DNA of 64,000 nucleotides from an uncultured bacterium (GCA_963768835.1 CAVYJB010000002.1:72230-136229); one strand, 5' to 3'; positions 9,995 to 18,817 are shown, counted from the stretch's first letter. The notes: generated by a model not told the origin, from the sequence alone. Program-made: numbers and translations.

Positions 9995-10951
9995 CTACCG
10001 TACTTTTTTGACAACAACTACTGTCGAATCCTCTACTGCTTCACAGTAGATAGTCCCCGCCGGTTTCCAGCCCGTCCAAACTTCGCGTTTATCGATGCGA
10101 AATCGTTTTTCGCTGCCATCCTCTAACCGACTAACAGCGATAAAGGGCTTGTTCGGATAAAGCGAGTCGAGCGTCCCAGGCCCGGCACTGAACGTCGGAA
10201 CCCTGATCCCCACCTGGAGCCTGAACGTGTCCACCCTTCCAACCGTGGAAGGGAGAGGCGCAACACCAGGAGAAACCACCACGTTCCCGAACCCAGGAAT
10301 AGGCACGGTCCCAATCCCTGGAACTGCAGGCTGTTGATCGTCCATCGGTCTCCGATAGTCGGCCGTATGGAAGTTTCCTGAGGATTCTTCCACGGGACGC
10401 TTTCGGATCGCCGCAAGAATCCTTTGGGTCTTCGCAACGATAACGCTGTCGCTTCTCTGGAGCTCCAGAACGCTGTCCGCAAAAGCCTGAAGTGATAGCG
10501 AGTGTCTCCACTCCGCTATCTTCACGCTATCGTCGTAAGCGAGCTGTTCCTTGATCAGGTTCACGTTACGGTTGTATTCCCTATCCGCATCCACGAAGCC
10601 GTTCTTAGCACTTAATTCAGCCGCCCTATCGATATCCTTCCTCACAGCTTCCTCCAAGCGTTGTTCGGTAGTCTCACCGAAGTACGTCCCGTAAAGATTG
10701 GCGACGTCTTGATAGAGCATCTTACCGAGAAACGCGAGGAACGCGATGCTGAAGACCACATGGATAGCGAGCCTCAGAATGCCTTTGGTGTACTTGGTGA
10801 AACCTCTCCAGACTCCAAACGTCACGAACGTTCCCACAAGTATTTTCACCCACGGGAAGTTCAGGAATCCGAAGAAAAACAGCAGGGCGACCGCGACCGA
10901 CGTCACGACGATCGCCAAGACTATGTTTCTGATCGTTCTCATTAGCATCAC
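9995..10951 (-). CDS. membrane protein with conserved unknown C-terminal domain (paralog A)
   Basis: 318 aa with 3 N-terminal TM helices and a coiled/charged middle region; the C-terminal domain (PSTVGRVDTFRLQVGIRVPTFSAGPGT...NKPFIAVSRLEDGSEKRFR...PAGTIYCEA) matches paralog B. Confidence 0.6.
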   Translation of the reverse strand: MMLMRTIRNIVLAIVVTSVAVALLFFFGFLNFPWVKILVGTFVTFGVWRGFTKYTKGILRLAIHVVFSIAFLAFLGKMLYQDVANLYGTYFGETTEQRLEEAVRKDIDRAAELSAKNGFVDADREYNRNVNLIKEQLAYDDSVKIAEWRHSLSLQAFADSVLELQRSDSVIVAKTQRILAAIRKRPVEESSGNFHTADYRRPMDDQQPAVPGIGTVPIPGFGNVVVSPGVAPLPSTVGRVDTFRLQVGIRVPTFSAGPGTLDSLYPNKPFIAVSRLEDGSEKRFRIDKREVWTGWKPAGTIYCEAVEDSTVVVVKKVR

Positions 10952-11814
10952 TACCTCCTTCCAATTGCGCTCGCAAGCTCTTTCGCGAACGCTGGTATGA
11001 ATTTAAGTAAGAACTCGATCGCCAAATCGACGATTCCAAACGCTTCCCAGTTGTCTTTGACCTTGTCCCACACAGACGACTGAGGAGTAGCTGTTGCGGT
11101 AGCCGTTGCTCCGGTACCCGCTCCAGGCGCCGCCGTTGGCGTAACCTGCGGACGGGTTCTCGGACGCTTGGCATAGAATTCTCCGAAACGTTGCGGTCTC
11201 TGCTTCCAGTGCCGCCACGCCAGCCGCCACGCTCCCTTGACCTCAGGCCAGAAATGCAGGCAAAAGATCAGAACTGAGAGAATGCAGGCGATCGGAACGC
11301 TGACAAATGCAGCGATCCACCAAAACCAGCTTCCTGTCTTTTCGCTCGTCGTTGGTACTGCCGGAGATTTGGGCGGTTCCGTCGGTGCCGTTTCTCTTCT
11401 CACCTCATACCTTTGCGCATGAGATTTGTAGGAGAGCACTGTCGGATTCTCTACCCAGCCCGGCTTCACAACTTCTTGCACGCCCTGTACGCCGAGTGGC
11501 ACTCCGGGTTCGCATAGGAATGCGGCCAGAAAGAGCACAAGGACTATCAGCCACAAAACAAGAGTCCATCCCCACCACGAGAGATTGCGTAGAAAACGAT
11601 ATGTTCTGTGAAACACCCCGTCGATGAACCCGGACGCTCCTTTGAGCACTCGAACGATTCTCCGACGTGGTGCCATTTGCCGCTGCTGTGCCGCCTGCAT
11701 GGGAGGTCGCTGACGATTGGACCACCGTTGCAGGAACCAGACGGTTCCCACAAAGAGTACGAGCGCGCAGGAAAGCGTGAGATCTATCCAGAACCAGGAA
11801 ATAGACATGACCAA
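10951..11814 (-). CDS. hypothetical polytopic membrane protein
   Basis: 287 aa with several Trp-rich TM helices; the stop overlaps the start of paralog A by 1 nt; no recognised domain. Confidence 0.45.
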   Translation of the reverse strand: MVMSISWFWIDLTLSCALVLFVGTVWFLQRWSNRQRPPMQAAQQRQMAPRRRIVRVLKGASGFIDGVFHRTYRFLRNLSWWGWTLVLWLIVLVLFLAAFLCEPGVPLGVQGVQEVVKPGWVENPTVLSYKSHAQRYEVRRETAPTEPPKSPAVPTTSEKTGSWFWWIAAFVSVPIACILSVLIFCLHFWPEVKGAWRLAWRHWKQRPQRFGEFYAKRPRTRPQVTPTAAPGAGTGATATATATPQSSVWDKVKDNWEAFGIVDLAIEFLLKFIPAFAKELASAIGRR

Positions 11815-11825
11815 CTCCTTTCTGT

Positions 11826-12461
11826 TTATTCCTTGGAATGACTGAAGCTTTCTGAGAAGAAGGCATCAGCAAACCCAGGAAGCATGATTGTGACTTCGCG
11901 TTCTTTGCCGGGGGTAAGCCTGATTTCATAGAGAGCTGACCCTTTCGAGTCCGTCTCCAGCGTCTTCTTGTGCTTTTTTCCTCCGGTGTCGATTATCTCT
12001 ACAACCATGGAAGCCGGCTTCTCGCTTCCAGGATCACCCTGGATACCATGAAAGGTTGAGATAGCGAGATAGACACGGTTCTTGACCCACGATGGTTTCA
12101 CCACGCACCCAGGAACGGGCTTCTGTTTCTTCTCTTCTGCTTCCTTGGGAAGCAGGAGGAGTGCACGCCCCCGTGTGTTTTCCCCGACAATCTGGGCATC
12201 TATAAACATTTCTCCGCCCTTCGGGAAAACCATCGCCGTCGATGCGCGTCCATTGTCATCTGTAAATACCGGAACACCAAAGATGGCGGTTCCGGCGTAG
12301 AATTGAATGGCGGCACCAGGAACGGCTTTGTTCCCTTTGGTCGCGATTGCTGTAGCGGTAACCTTCCATCCGGTTTCAGTTTTTTCCGCCGGCTGGAATT
12401 CCACCACGATTCGTGGCGGACCCGAGGATTGCTGCTGACCTTGACCTTGGCTCCTTGCCAT
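11826..12461 (-). CDS. hypothetical protein with two transthyretin/carboxypeptidase-regulatory-like beta-sandwich repeats
   Basis: 211 aa, first gene of the minus-strand operon; motifs 'FTDDNGRAST' and 'ETDSKGSALYEI' resemble CarboxypepD_reg-like domains; no signal peptide. Confidence 0.4.
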   Translation of the reverse strand: MARSQGQGQQQSSGPPRIVVEFQPAEKTETGWKVTATAIATKGNKAVPGAAIQFYAGTAIFGVPVFTDDNGRASTAMVFPKGGEMFIDAQIVGENTRGRALLLLPKEAEEKKQKPVPGCVVKPSWVKNRVYLAISTFHGIQGDPGSEKPASMVVEIIDTGGKKHKKTLETDSKGSALYEIRLTPGKEREVTIMLPGFADAFFSESFSHSKE

Positions 12462-12542
12462 AGCTTGTCTCCTTTCTAAGTAAGTAGTTGTTGTATTTGT
12501 GCTTTCAAACTTCTAATGCGATTATATCACTATAATACCGAT

Positions 12543-12571
12543 TTGTCAAACATAACCGGTGGTGGTATGAT
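12543..12571 (+). promoter_or_regulatory. candidate sigma70-type promoter for tRNA-Leu
   Basis: TTGTCA, a 17-nt spacer, then TATGAT, about 30 nt upstream of the tRNA 5' end. Confidence 0.3.
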
Positions 12572-14165
12572 AGAAAAACCCCAGATGGAATAAGGGGTTT
12601 GGGCAGGTGGCGGAACTGGCAGACGCATACGGTTTAGGGCCGTACGCCGAAAGGCATGTGGGTTCAAGTCCCACCCTGCCCACAAGAGTAGAGACTAAAT
12701 CAGTGTTAGAAAAATTCAGCCGCGCTTCGCGGAGCGAAGCGTAAGGTGGGGTGGGGGTAAATTCAATACGACGATTTTTAAGAAACGTGTTCGAGCCGGA
12801 AATTTTTTGGGCAAGAGATTTTTTGAGGGTAAGATCGGTCGAAACGGCAGTTTCGCCAATGTTTGCCGCATCATCTATCCAGCCACGTAGCGGTTCGAGC
12901 CACGCTAGATACCCTCGGTTCAGTCCGGCCATTTTCTCCTCCAGCGACCTTTTGTGCAGGAGAAGCTTCGCCTTCTCCGAGCGGTAGGTATTCCGCTCAA
13001 TATCTTCCTCAAGATAGGCGTCAAAAAGCCGCTGGAGTTTTTCGGTAACGGACGCTATCTCATTGCGGAGGACTTGGTTCTCGCGTATGGGAGATCGGGC
13101 GGCATCCTGCTCGTCCTTGTCCGCCAGCTTGTAGAGTTCGACCGCCCAATCCGAGGGCAACGCAAACTCTTTGAATATATTGGAAAGCTGATCCGATAAA
13201 ACTTCTTCTCTAATGTAGGGCTGAGAGCATATGACCCCTTTCTTACTGCAACGATAGTAAGTGCGACCTTTCTGAAATTCTGCGGTGATCATCCGTCCGC
13301 ACTCGCCGCAACGGAACAGCCCACACAACGGCTTCGGTTGTTTTGTTTTTACCTGCGGCTTGCTCCGCTCCTTCAAGACGGCTTGGACTTTATCGAATAA
13401 CTGCTTGGAAATTATCGGTTCGTGTTTACCTTCATACAACTCTCCGGCATAGCGGAACAGGCCGCAGTAAAAAGGATTTGATAGGAACACTGTAATCTGG
13501 TCGCGCTTCCACGCTCTGCCGCCCTCGCTCATCCATCGGTTGCTCGCTTTGGTTTTGACGCCCTTGTCGAAAAGAAATTTTGAAATATCTTCGAGACGAG
13601 ACTGGTTCTTGGAATACAATTCAAAGGCTTCGCGGACGACGATCGCTTCTTTCTCATCCACGACAATCTGTTTCCTCCGCACGTCATTTATGTAACCCAA
13701 CGGGGCAACGCTCGGATATTCGCCGCGCTTTGCTTTCTCGTGAAGGCCACGTTTCGTGTTCGCGGAAAGATCGCGGATATACTGGTTCGCCATCCCGAAC
13801 TCGACGCCAATCATAAGGACGTTATCGGAAGGATAGTAACTCCGGTCGCTCGTGAGAATGCGCTTTATGACATCCTGCTGAAGCAACCACTGGACGCGGG
13901 CGGCATCCATCGGGTTACGGGCGAGACGATCCAGTTTCCAGCACAAGATACCCTGCGCTTCTCCCCGCTCAATCTTATCCATCATCCCGTTAAAGACAGG
14001 ACGACCGGGCATCTTGGCGGACTGCTTCTCGATAAATTCTCCAATGATGTGGAGCTTCTCTTGCCTAGCCAAAGCACGCAGAACGGAAAGCTGGTCTTCG
14101 ATGGAACGAACTTGTTTGTCCTCGACATCGGTAGATTTTCTAGCGTAGAGGAAGTAGTTGGGCAT
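12546..14165 (-). CDS. large serine recombinase (resolvase catalytic domain, recombinase domain, zinc ribbon, coiled-coil)
   Basis: N-terminal 'YARKSTDVEDKQ...SIEDQ' resolvase motif with the catalytic Ser; 'CGLFRCGECGRMITAEFQKGRTYYRCS' zinc ribbon; the ORF as tracked reads through repeat X and antisense across the tRNA gene, so the true 3' end is uncertain. Confidence 0.8.
   Translation of the reverse strand: MPNYFLYARKSTDVEDKQVRSIEDQLSVLRALARQEKLHIIGEFIEKQSAKMPGRPVFNGMMDKIERGEAQGILCWKLDRLARNPMDAARVQWLLQQDVIKRILTSDRSYYPSDNVLMIGVEFGMANQYIRDLSANTKRGLHEKAKRGEYPSVAPLGYINDVRRKQIVVDEKEAIVVREAFELYSKNQSRLEDISKFLFDKGVKTKASNRWMSEGGRAWKRDQITVFLSNPFYCGLFRYAGELYEGKHEPIISKQLFDKVQAVLKERSKPQVKTKQPKPLCGLFRCGECGRMITAEFQKGRTYYRCSKKGVICSQPYIREEVLSDQLSNIFKEFALPSDWAVELYKLADKDEQDAARSPIRENQVLRNEIASVTEKLQRLFDAYLEEDIERNTYRSEKAKLLLHKRSLEEKMAGLNRGYLAWLEPLRGWIDDAANIGETAVSTDLTLKKSLAQKISGSNTFLKNRRIEFTPTPPYASLREARLNFSNTDLVSTLVGRVGLEPTCLSAYGPKPYASASSATCPNPLFHLGFFYHTTTGYV
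12573..12600 (-). terminator. intrinsic terminator on the minus strand (antisense to the tRNA leader)
   Basis: On the minus strand, an aaacccc/ggggttt hairpin is followed by TTTTTC. It would stop minus-strand read-through from the recombinase gene, yet it lies inside the recombinase ORF as tracked. Confidence 0.35.
12601..12682 (+). tRNA. tRNA-Leu (anticodon UAG), type II with long variable arm
   Basis: The sequence folds as a cloverleaf: acceptor GGGCAGG/CCTGCCC, anticodon stem TACGG/CCGTA with loop TTTAGGG (anticodon TAG), a long variable arm, T-arm GTGGG-TTCAAGT-CCCAC, and discriminator A; no CCA is encoded. Confidence 0.85.
12683..12837. repeat. inverted repeat X (~155 bp), partner at 15662-15815
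   Basis: Reverse complement of 15662-15815 with ~6 mismatches; encodes the C-terminal ~45 codons of the recombinase ORF. Confidence 0.8.
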
Positions 14166-14226
14166 GGGATATGTAACTTATAGTCTGTAGTCTTATTTTA
14201 TGCAACAACTAAAATAAAGTAAAGCA

Positions 14227-14433
14227 ATGGATAACATTCAGTTAAGAGTTGGCAAGAAAATTAAGGCGCTAAGAAGCGCAAAAGGCATCTCACAGGAAGC
14301 TCTAGCTTTTCGTTGCAAGCTACACAGGACTTATATAAGCGATATAGAACGAGGTCTACGCAACGTATCAATTAAGAATATTGAGAAAATAGCAAAGGCA
14401 TTACAGGTTCCCATAAACGAGCTACTCCCATAA
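14227..14433 (+). CDS. XRE-family helix-turn-helix transcriptional regulator (controller-protein-like)
   Basis: 68 aa; 'LRSAKGISQEALAFRCKLHRTYISDIERGLRNVS' is a canonical HTH_3 sequence; AT-rich gene. Confidence 0.75.
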   Translation: MDNIQLRVGKKIKALRSAKGISQEALAFRCKLHRTYISDIERGLRNVSIKNIEKIAKALQVPINELLP

Positions 14434-14435
14434 AT

Positions 14436-14810
14436 ATGGCTAAGATAAAAAAGACGAAAATAGAGACACCTGAAAAACACTTCGCCTCTGACGACAAAAA
14501 TATTTGCGTATATGAAATTTATCGTCGTTCGAAAAAGACGGTTTATTATCTACGAGGAACTCAAGCAAAACATCTTAGCAAGATAATCTTAAATGGTTTT
14601 GAGGGTATCCCTTCAGGACTCTATTTGAATAGAAATGGCTTTGGATTTGGTAAAAAAGGAGTCTTCCTCCTCTCTGCTCTGAAGGATCATCTGGCCGCCG
14701 GAAAGCTTCTAGAATTTATAATCTCAAATAAGAATAATAAGAAAGTCCAAAAAGGATCACTCAAGGTTTCAATCACCATTCCGTCTCAAGATGTTAAAAT
14801 TTACTCATAA
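14436..14810 (+). CDS. hypothetical protein
   Basis: 124-aa ORF starting 3 nt after the HTH gene stop; AT-rich; no recognised domain. Confidence 0.35.
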   Translation: MAKIKKTKIETPEKHFASDDKNICVYEIYRRSKKTVYYLRGTQAKHLSKIILNGFEGIPSGLYLNRNGFGFGKKGVFLLSALKDHLAAGKLLEFIISNKNNKKVQKGSLKVSITIPSQDVKIYS

Positions 14811-14950
14811 GACTCGGTCGCATAAACGAAGATAACAATAACGAACTGCGGACTACAGTTGGTTCATTTCTCAGCACGAAGTTTCCAAAGCACGTAAAGG
14901 TATCTACAGAAGATTTTGATGATTATAAAGGAGGAGAAGTTGCCGCGCTC

Positions 14951-15661
14951 TTGCGTAGAAAAAAGGTCGCCCAGAAGTTAAACGAAGAAGACTTCGAGTC
15001 TCTTAAGGGCTTTTTCCCTAAAATATTTGAGACCTCCTTAAAGGGTAAAAAAGGTGCTGTAAAAGCCGGACGCAACGCACTTATCAGAGATACTAAGAAA
15101 GTTACAGATCGAATTTTCCTAGATGAGGTGATTAAGGAGTTTGAAACTAACCTCTTAAAGAAAACTCTTTCAGAAGAAGACTGGCAGAAATTCCTCCATG
15201 ATAAAGTATTTAGATTCCTAGCTAACTACGTTACGTCTATCGAGAAACAAAATGTCAGTATTAGTGTGAGTTATCCAGATTTTGTTCTTGTAGATGTATA
15301 TGACTTTGTTGATGTTTTTGAAATAAAGAAACATGACGTTCAGTTATTAACTCTCGATGAGAGCCACGATAACTATTATTGGAAACCTGATGTTGCTAAA
15401 GCCATTGCACAAATTGAAAATTATATTGATGAAATCACCCGCAACGCCGATGATTATATTAAAGCTATCAAGCGTAAAAAGGGCATCGACATAAGAGTTG
15501 TGCGCCCCAGAGGATATATTATTGCTGGTACAAGTAAACAATTTAAGAATAAGAAAGAATCAGCAGATTTCAGAAAACTAGGAACCTCTTTGAAAAATAT
15601 CAGCTTTATTCTTTATGATGAATTGTTGGCAAACCTAAAGAATCTACGATCAAAACTCTAA
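14951..15661 (+). CDS. Shedu-like (DUF4263) PD-(D/E)xK nuclease-family protein
   Basis: 236 aa; the 'PDFVLVDVYDFVDVFEIKKHD', 'IAQIENYIDEI', 'VRPRGYIIAGT' and C-terminal 'ISFILYDELL' blocks match the conserved DUF4263 core of Shedu SduA proteins; the stop abuts repeat X'. Confidence 0.55.
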   Translation: MRRKKVAQKLNEEDFESLKGFFPKIFETSLKGKKGAVKAGRNALIRDTKKVTDRIFLDEVIKEFETNLLKKTLSEEDWQKFLHDKVFRFLANYVTSIEKQNVSISVSYPDFVLVDVYDFVDVFEIKKHDVQLLTLDESHDNYYWKPDVAKAIAQIENYIDEITRNADDYIKAIKRKKGIDIRVVRPRGYIIAGTSKQFKNKKESADFRKLGTSLKNISFILYDELLANLKNLRSKL

Positions 15662-15815
15662 TGATCTTACCCTCAAAAAATCCGTTGCCCAAAAAATTTC
15701 CGGCTCGAACGCAGTTCTCAAAAATCGTCGTATTGAATTTACCCCCACCCCACCTTACGCTTCGCTCCGCGAAGCGCGGCTGAATTTTTCTAACACTGAT
15801 TTAGTCTCTACTCTT
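15662..15815. repeat. inverted repeat X' (partner of 12683-12837)
   Basis: Reverse complement of repeat X; together with repeat Y it forms a ~430-bp block whose minus-strand reading equals Y'-CCACAA-X. Confidence 0.8.
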
Positions 15816-16104
15816 GTGGCGTTATACCGATCCGCTCGAGGGTTCTTCGAGGGTCAGACCTAACCATTTTACCCCTACATTCCGAGACTGTTTACCCCTT
15901 CATTTACCCCTTCACTCGCCCTGCGTCCATTTGAAGGGGTAGCAAGTCCAGTTTGCCCTGCAAACGCTGATCTTTTTGACCCTCGTCCGGCAAAATCACA
16001 AGTCCTACTTCACTCCGCTGAGCTCCCCCCAAAGATGTTTGCTCAGCCCCTCAGCCTGCTGGCTTCGGGGCTTCGCGTATGGCGCGCCCAAATTCCTCCC
16101 CCAC
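15816..16104. repeat. inverted repeat Y (~290 bp), partner at 18868-19158
   Basis: Near-perfect reverse complement of 18868-19158; contains three tandem AGGGGTAAA-like 9-mers (read on the minus strand). Confidence 0.8.
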
Positions 16105-16146
16105 AAAAATTTTATATAACGCTCGCGGCCGCGTGGCCGAGAGCGG

Positions 16147-16590
16147 TCAAATAGAAACTGTTTTGATTTTTCTAAGCTGATCAATATATTCCTTCGATAA
16201 GCCGCACTCTTCCGCACCCTCCAAAATCATATCCATATATTTTCGACTAGGAGGGGCAAGTTCTCTGCCAGTTGCGTAATACACAATAGCTTTAATAGAT
16301 TTATCTCCTTCTATGAAAACATCTATCTCTTTACGATTGTATGATTTTGGAAAACCTTCATAACAATCCAGAGCAGCACGATTTGCTTCCGAAATTTCGA
16401 ACAGTCCTCCGCTAACTACAGCACCGGAGAACTCAACAACATTTGCACCAGCTCCTCCCCAAGATTTTGAGTGTCCATCAAAAATCAGTTTATAGTCCCG
16501 AAGATCAGCCTTATATAAGAAGGTATTCCCCGGACATCGCTCATTCATCTGTTTATGGCTCATATTTGAACCATAGGCAAAATACTTCAT
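16147..16590 (-). CDS. gamma-glutamylcyclotransferase-like (AIG2/GGCT family) protein
   Basis: 147 aa; N-terminal 'YFAYGSNMSHKQMNERCP' is the AIG2/GGCT signature; lies 13 nt downstream of the GmrSD-like gene on the same strand. Confidence 0.65.
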   Translation of the reverse strand: MKYFAYGSNMSHKQMNERCPGNTFLYKADLRDYKLIFDGHSKSWGGAGANVVEFSGAVVSGGLFEISEANRAALDCYEGFPKSYNRKEIDVFIEGDKSIKAIVYYATGRELAPPSRKYMDMILEGAEECGLSKEYIDQLRKIKTVSI

Positions 16591-16603
16591 TCTCGATGAT
16601 TAC

Positions 16604-18355
16604 TTAAAAATGCCAAACCTTGTAATAGGCGTTGTGAGCTAACTTACCGGCTCTCATGGCTATCTCATCAGCTCCCCATCCCTTTGTCTTAATATGACTT
16701 TCAAACTCTTCGATGAAAGTCTTCACATGGGGCAAATTAGCAAAACTTTCCTTATTTTTCAGTATCTCTATTTTTTCGAGTGGCATTTTATCTTGGAGCT
16801 TTGAATTGGTGTGTAAGCTAATGATTAGCAAGTTCCCAATGTTATCAGCTATATCAGGATCAGACAGCTCTGCTCTTTTAGAGTTCGGATAAAAATGCTC
16901 AACGTTGAAGCTCCGCCTAAATCCTTTCCTGTCCAAGAAAAACAACTGAGTCTTTTGTCCGCCGACTCTATCAAAATTATTTATGCGATCAATGACATAA
17001 CTGATTAATGGAAGATCGGCCGAGGTAGCATATGAAAGATCCTTAAATTTAGACTCAAACTCTTCGTAACTCGCTTTCTTATCTTCAAGGGTCTTGATAA
17101 GTTCGCTGCAATTCTTTTTGAAATCCTTTACCTTATTAAATCTCGGAGCAAAATCCATATACGTCTTCTCGATCTCGTTACCTACGCGCTCACAGATAAC
17201 ATTGTTAACAAAATGGTATTTCTCAAAAGTTTCGATCAGAGATCTAAGTAGCTTCGCCATCTCGGCGTTGTCTCCATATTTTTCCTGATATGCTTTTACG
17301 GCTGAATAGATAATCGGGTAGGGTTGCGTAACGCGGAAGAGCCTTAGAGCTTCAATGCTCAAATAAATATCATGGCAATAATGTTGATTCCTAGATATTG
17401 CCAAACATCCGTTGGCTTCAAAGTAACTTCTGAGATCTTCTTCTCTTCCCTGCCGCAAGATCGCATAAAAAGTGGAAAAGTCGCTGAGGTCTTTTACAAA
17501 AATCTCGGGCTTGAGTTCTGATGATTGCTTCTGAAGATTTTTGAATATATCTCTTTTTTGTACAGCTCCCTTTCTGGCGACCAGATAATATTTCAACATC
17601 CTCATCATCGTCGTATCTGCATTTTCCACTATTTCATCCCATGTTTCCTCCATGCCTTCGATTTCAGCTGAGAAAAGATCCGCCTTTAAGAGATCGGCCG
17701 CATTAAGTTCTAAGCCACGCGCATTTGCCCTTTCAAAAAGATCGAATACATCCAGTTCGCCATCAACCTCTATCTTAATGACGAATGAGCTATAAAGTTT
17801 CCTCAATAAGGTTGATATATCTTCAAGTTTTTTAAGTGATGATATCCGCTCGCGGAATAATTCGTATACGGGCTTAATCTTGTTAACTTGTCGCTTAACA
17901 GACCTCTTTCCTAGCTTCGCAGGAAAATCTCCCTTCCAATCATCCCTTACGATATATTCAAAAATATCACGTACCGCTATTGATGCACCTAATCTTGCAC
18001 CTGTCATCTCACCAGTAGTGGAATCGCTGAAAGTTAATTTTTCTGTAATCTTGCTGGCAAGCTTATTCTCTTTTATAGCGATTGCTCTAGCCCGACACGC
18101 AATGAGCAATAGACAGATCGTCGTTATTCTCTGCTGGCCATCGACGATAGATATTTCGCCACGCCCCATGTTCTTAACGTCGAGAACAATATTGCCGAGG
18201 TATATTCCCTGATCGGACGAGATAACATCATTCCATAGGTCATCTGCTTCGTCTTTACCCCAATCAAAACCGCGTTGGTACGAAGGAACCATAAAACGAG
18301 CGTTGCCTATATTTAGGAGTTGCTCAATGGTTTGCCGTGATGGAGTTATGGCCAT
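16604..18355 (-). CDS. DUF262/DUF1524 (GmrSD-family) putative modification-dependent nuclease
   Basis: 583 aa; N-terminal 'IVDGQQRITT' (DUF262, ParB-like NTPase motif) and C-terminal 'NVEHFYP...IGNLLIISLHTN' (DUF1524 His-Me finger). Confidence 0.75.
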   Translation of the reverse strand: MAITPSRQTIEQLLNIGNARFMVPSYQRGFDWGKDEADDLWNDVISSDQGIYLGNIVLDVKNMGRGEISIVDGQQRITTICLLLIACRARAIAIKENKLASKITEKLTFSDSTTGEMTGARLGASIAVRDIFEYIVRDDWKGDFPAKLGKRSVKRQVNKIKPVYELFRERISSLKKLEDISTLLRKLYSSFVIKIEVDGELDVFDLFERANARGLELNAADLLKADLFSAEIEGMEETWDEIVENADTTMMRMLKYYLVARKGAVQKRDIFKNLQKQSSELKPEIFVKDLSDFSTFYAILRQGREEDLRSYFEANGCLAISRNQHYCHDIYLSIEALRLFRVTQPYPIIYSAVKAYQEKYGDNAEMAKLLRSLIETFEKYHFVNNVICERVGNEIEKTYMDFAPRFNKVKDFKKNCSELIKTLEDKKASYEEFESKFKDLSYATSADLPLISYVIDRINNFDRVGGQKTQLFFLDRKGFRRSFNVEHFYPNSKRAELSDPDIADNIGNLLIISLHTNSKLQDKMPLEKIEILKNKESFANLPHVKTFIEEFESHIKTKGWGADEIAMRAGKLAHNAYYKVWHF

Positions 18356-18586
18356 AATTACCTTCCATGTTATCAGAAAAAGGGCTTTTTGGTAAACCAG
18401 ATTTCAAGGTACCTAAATAGCCTCTCGCTCACGCATGGGGGTAAGAGCAAGAACCTTTAACCACGCAAAACTTCACAAAGAATGTCCCCTTGTGGTAGTA
18501 CGGAGGTAGCCTCAAGATGAGACTAGAACCGATACTATACGTGCCGCTGCGGAGTCGACGGCGGTGATAAATCAATTGAAGATACA

Positions 18587-18817
18587 ATGGAAGACAAATT
18601 AGTAAAAAGGCGTACCGAGCTTTTAGATCAAATAGAATTGTTGGCCAGAGAGCGTGGCATTGTCGCCATAAGAGATACGGCACTTCTCAACGCTAAGAAC
18701 TACGCACGAGAGCAGTTAGAACACGGCTTTGATAAAGGGCTTACCCAAGATGAACTTGAGATTGAAGGACTTGAAAGACACCTTCGCTCCATGAGGAATC
18801 AGGGTAGACAACAATAG
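18587..18817 (+). CDS. small hypothetical protein
   Basis: 76-aa charged ORF upstream (divergent) of the GmrSD-like gene; no recognised domain. Confidence 0.2.
   Translation: MEDKLVKRRTELLDQIELLARERGIVAIRDTALLNAKNYAREQLEHGFDKGLTQDELEIEGLERHLRSMRNQGRQQ

Noticed and set aside
12546-12682. The C-terminal ~45 aa of the recombinase ORF encoded antisense to tRNA-Leu as a functional domain
   Set aside because: The sequence (…GRVGLEPTCLSAYGPKPYASASSATCPNPLFHLGFFYHTTTGYV) is dictated by the tRNA gene and contains a terminator hairpin; most likely non-functional read-through or junction-dependent.
15816-16217. Short ORFs inside repeats Y and Y' (16005-16217, 18741-18995, 19037-19219)
   Set aside because: They lie within a non-coding-looking repeat with iterated 9-mers; the duplicated ORFs are a by-product of the inverted repeat, and no domain is recognisable.
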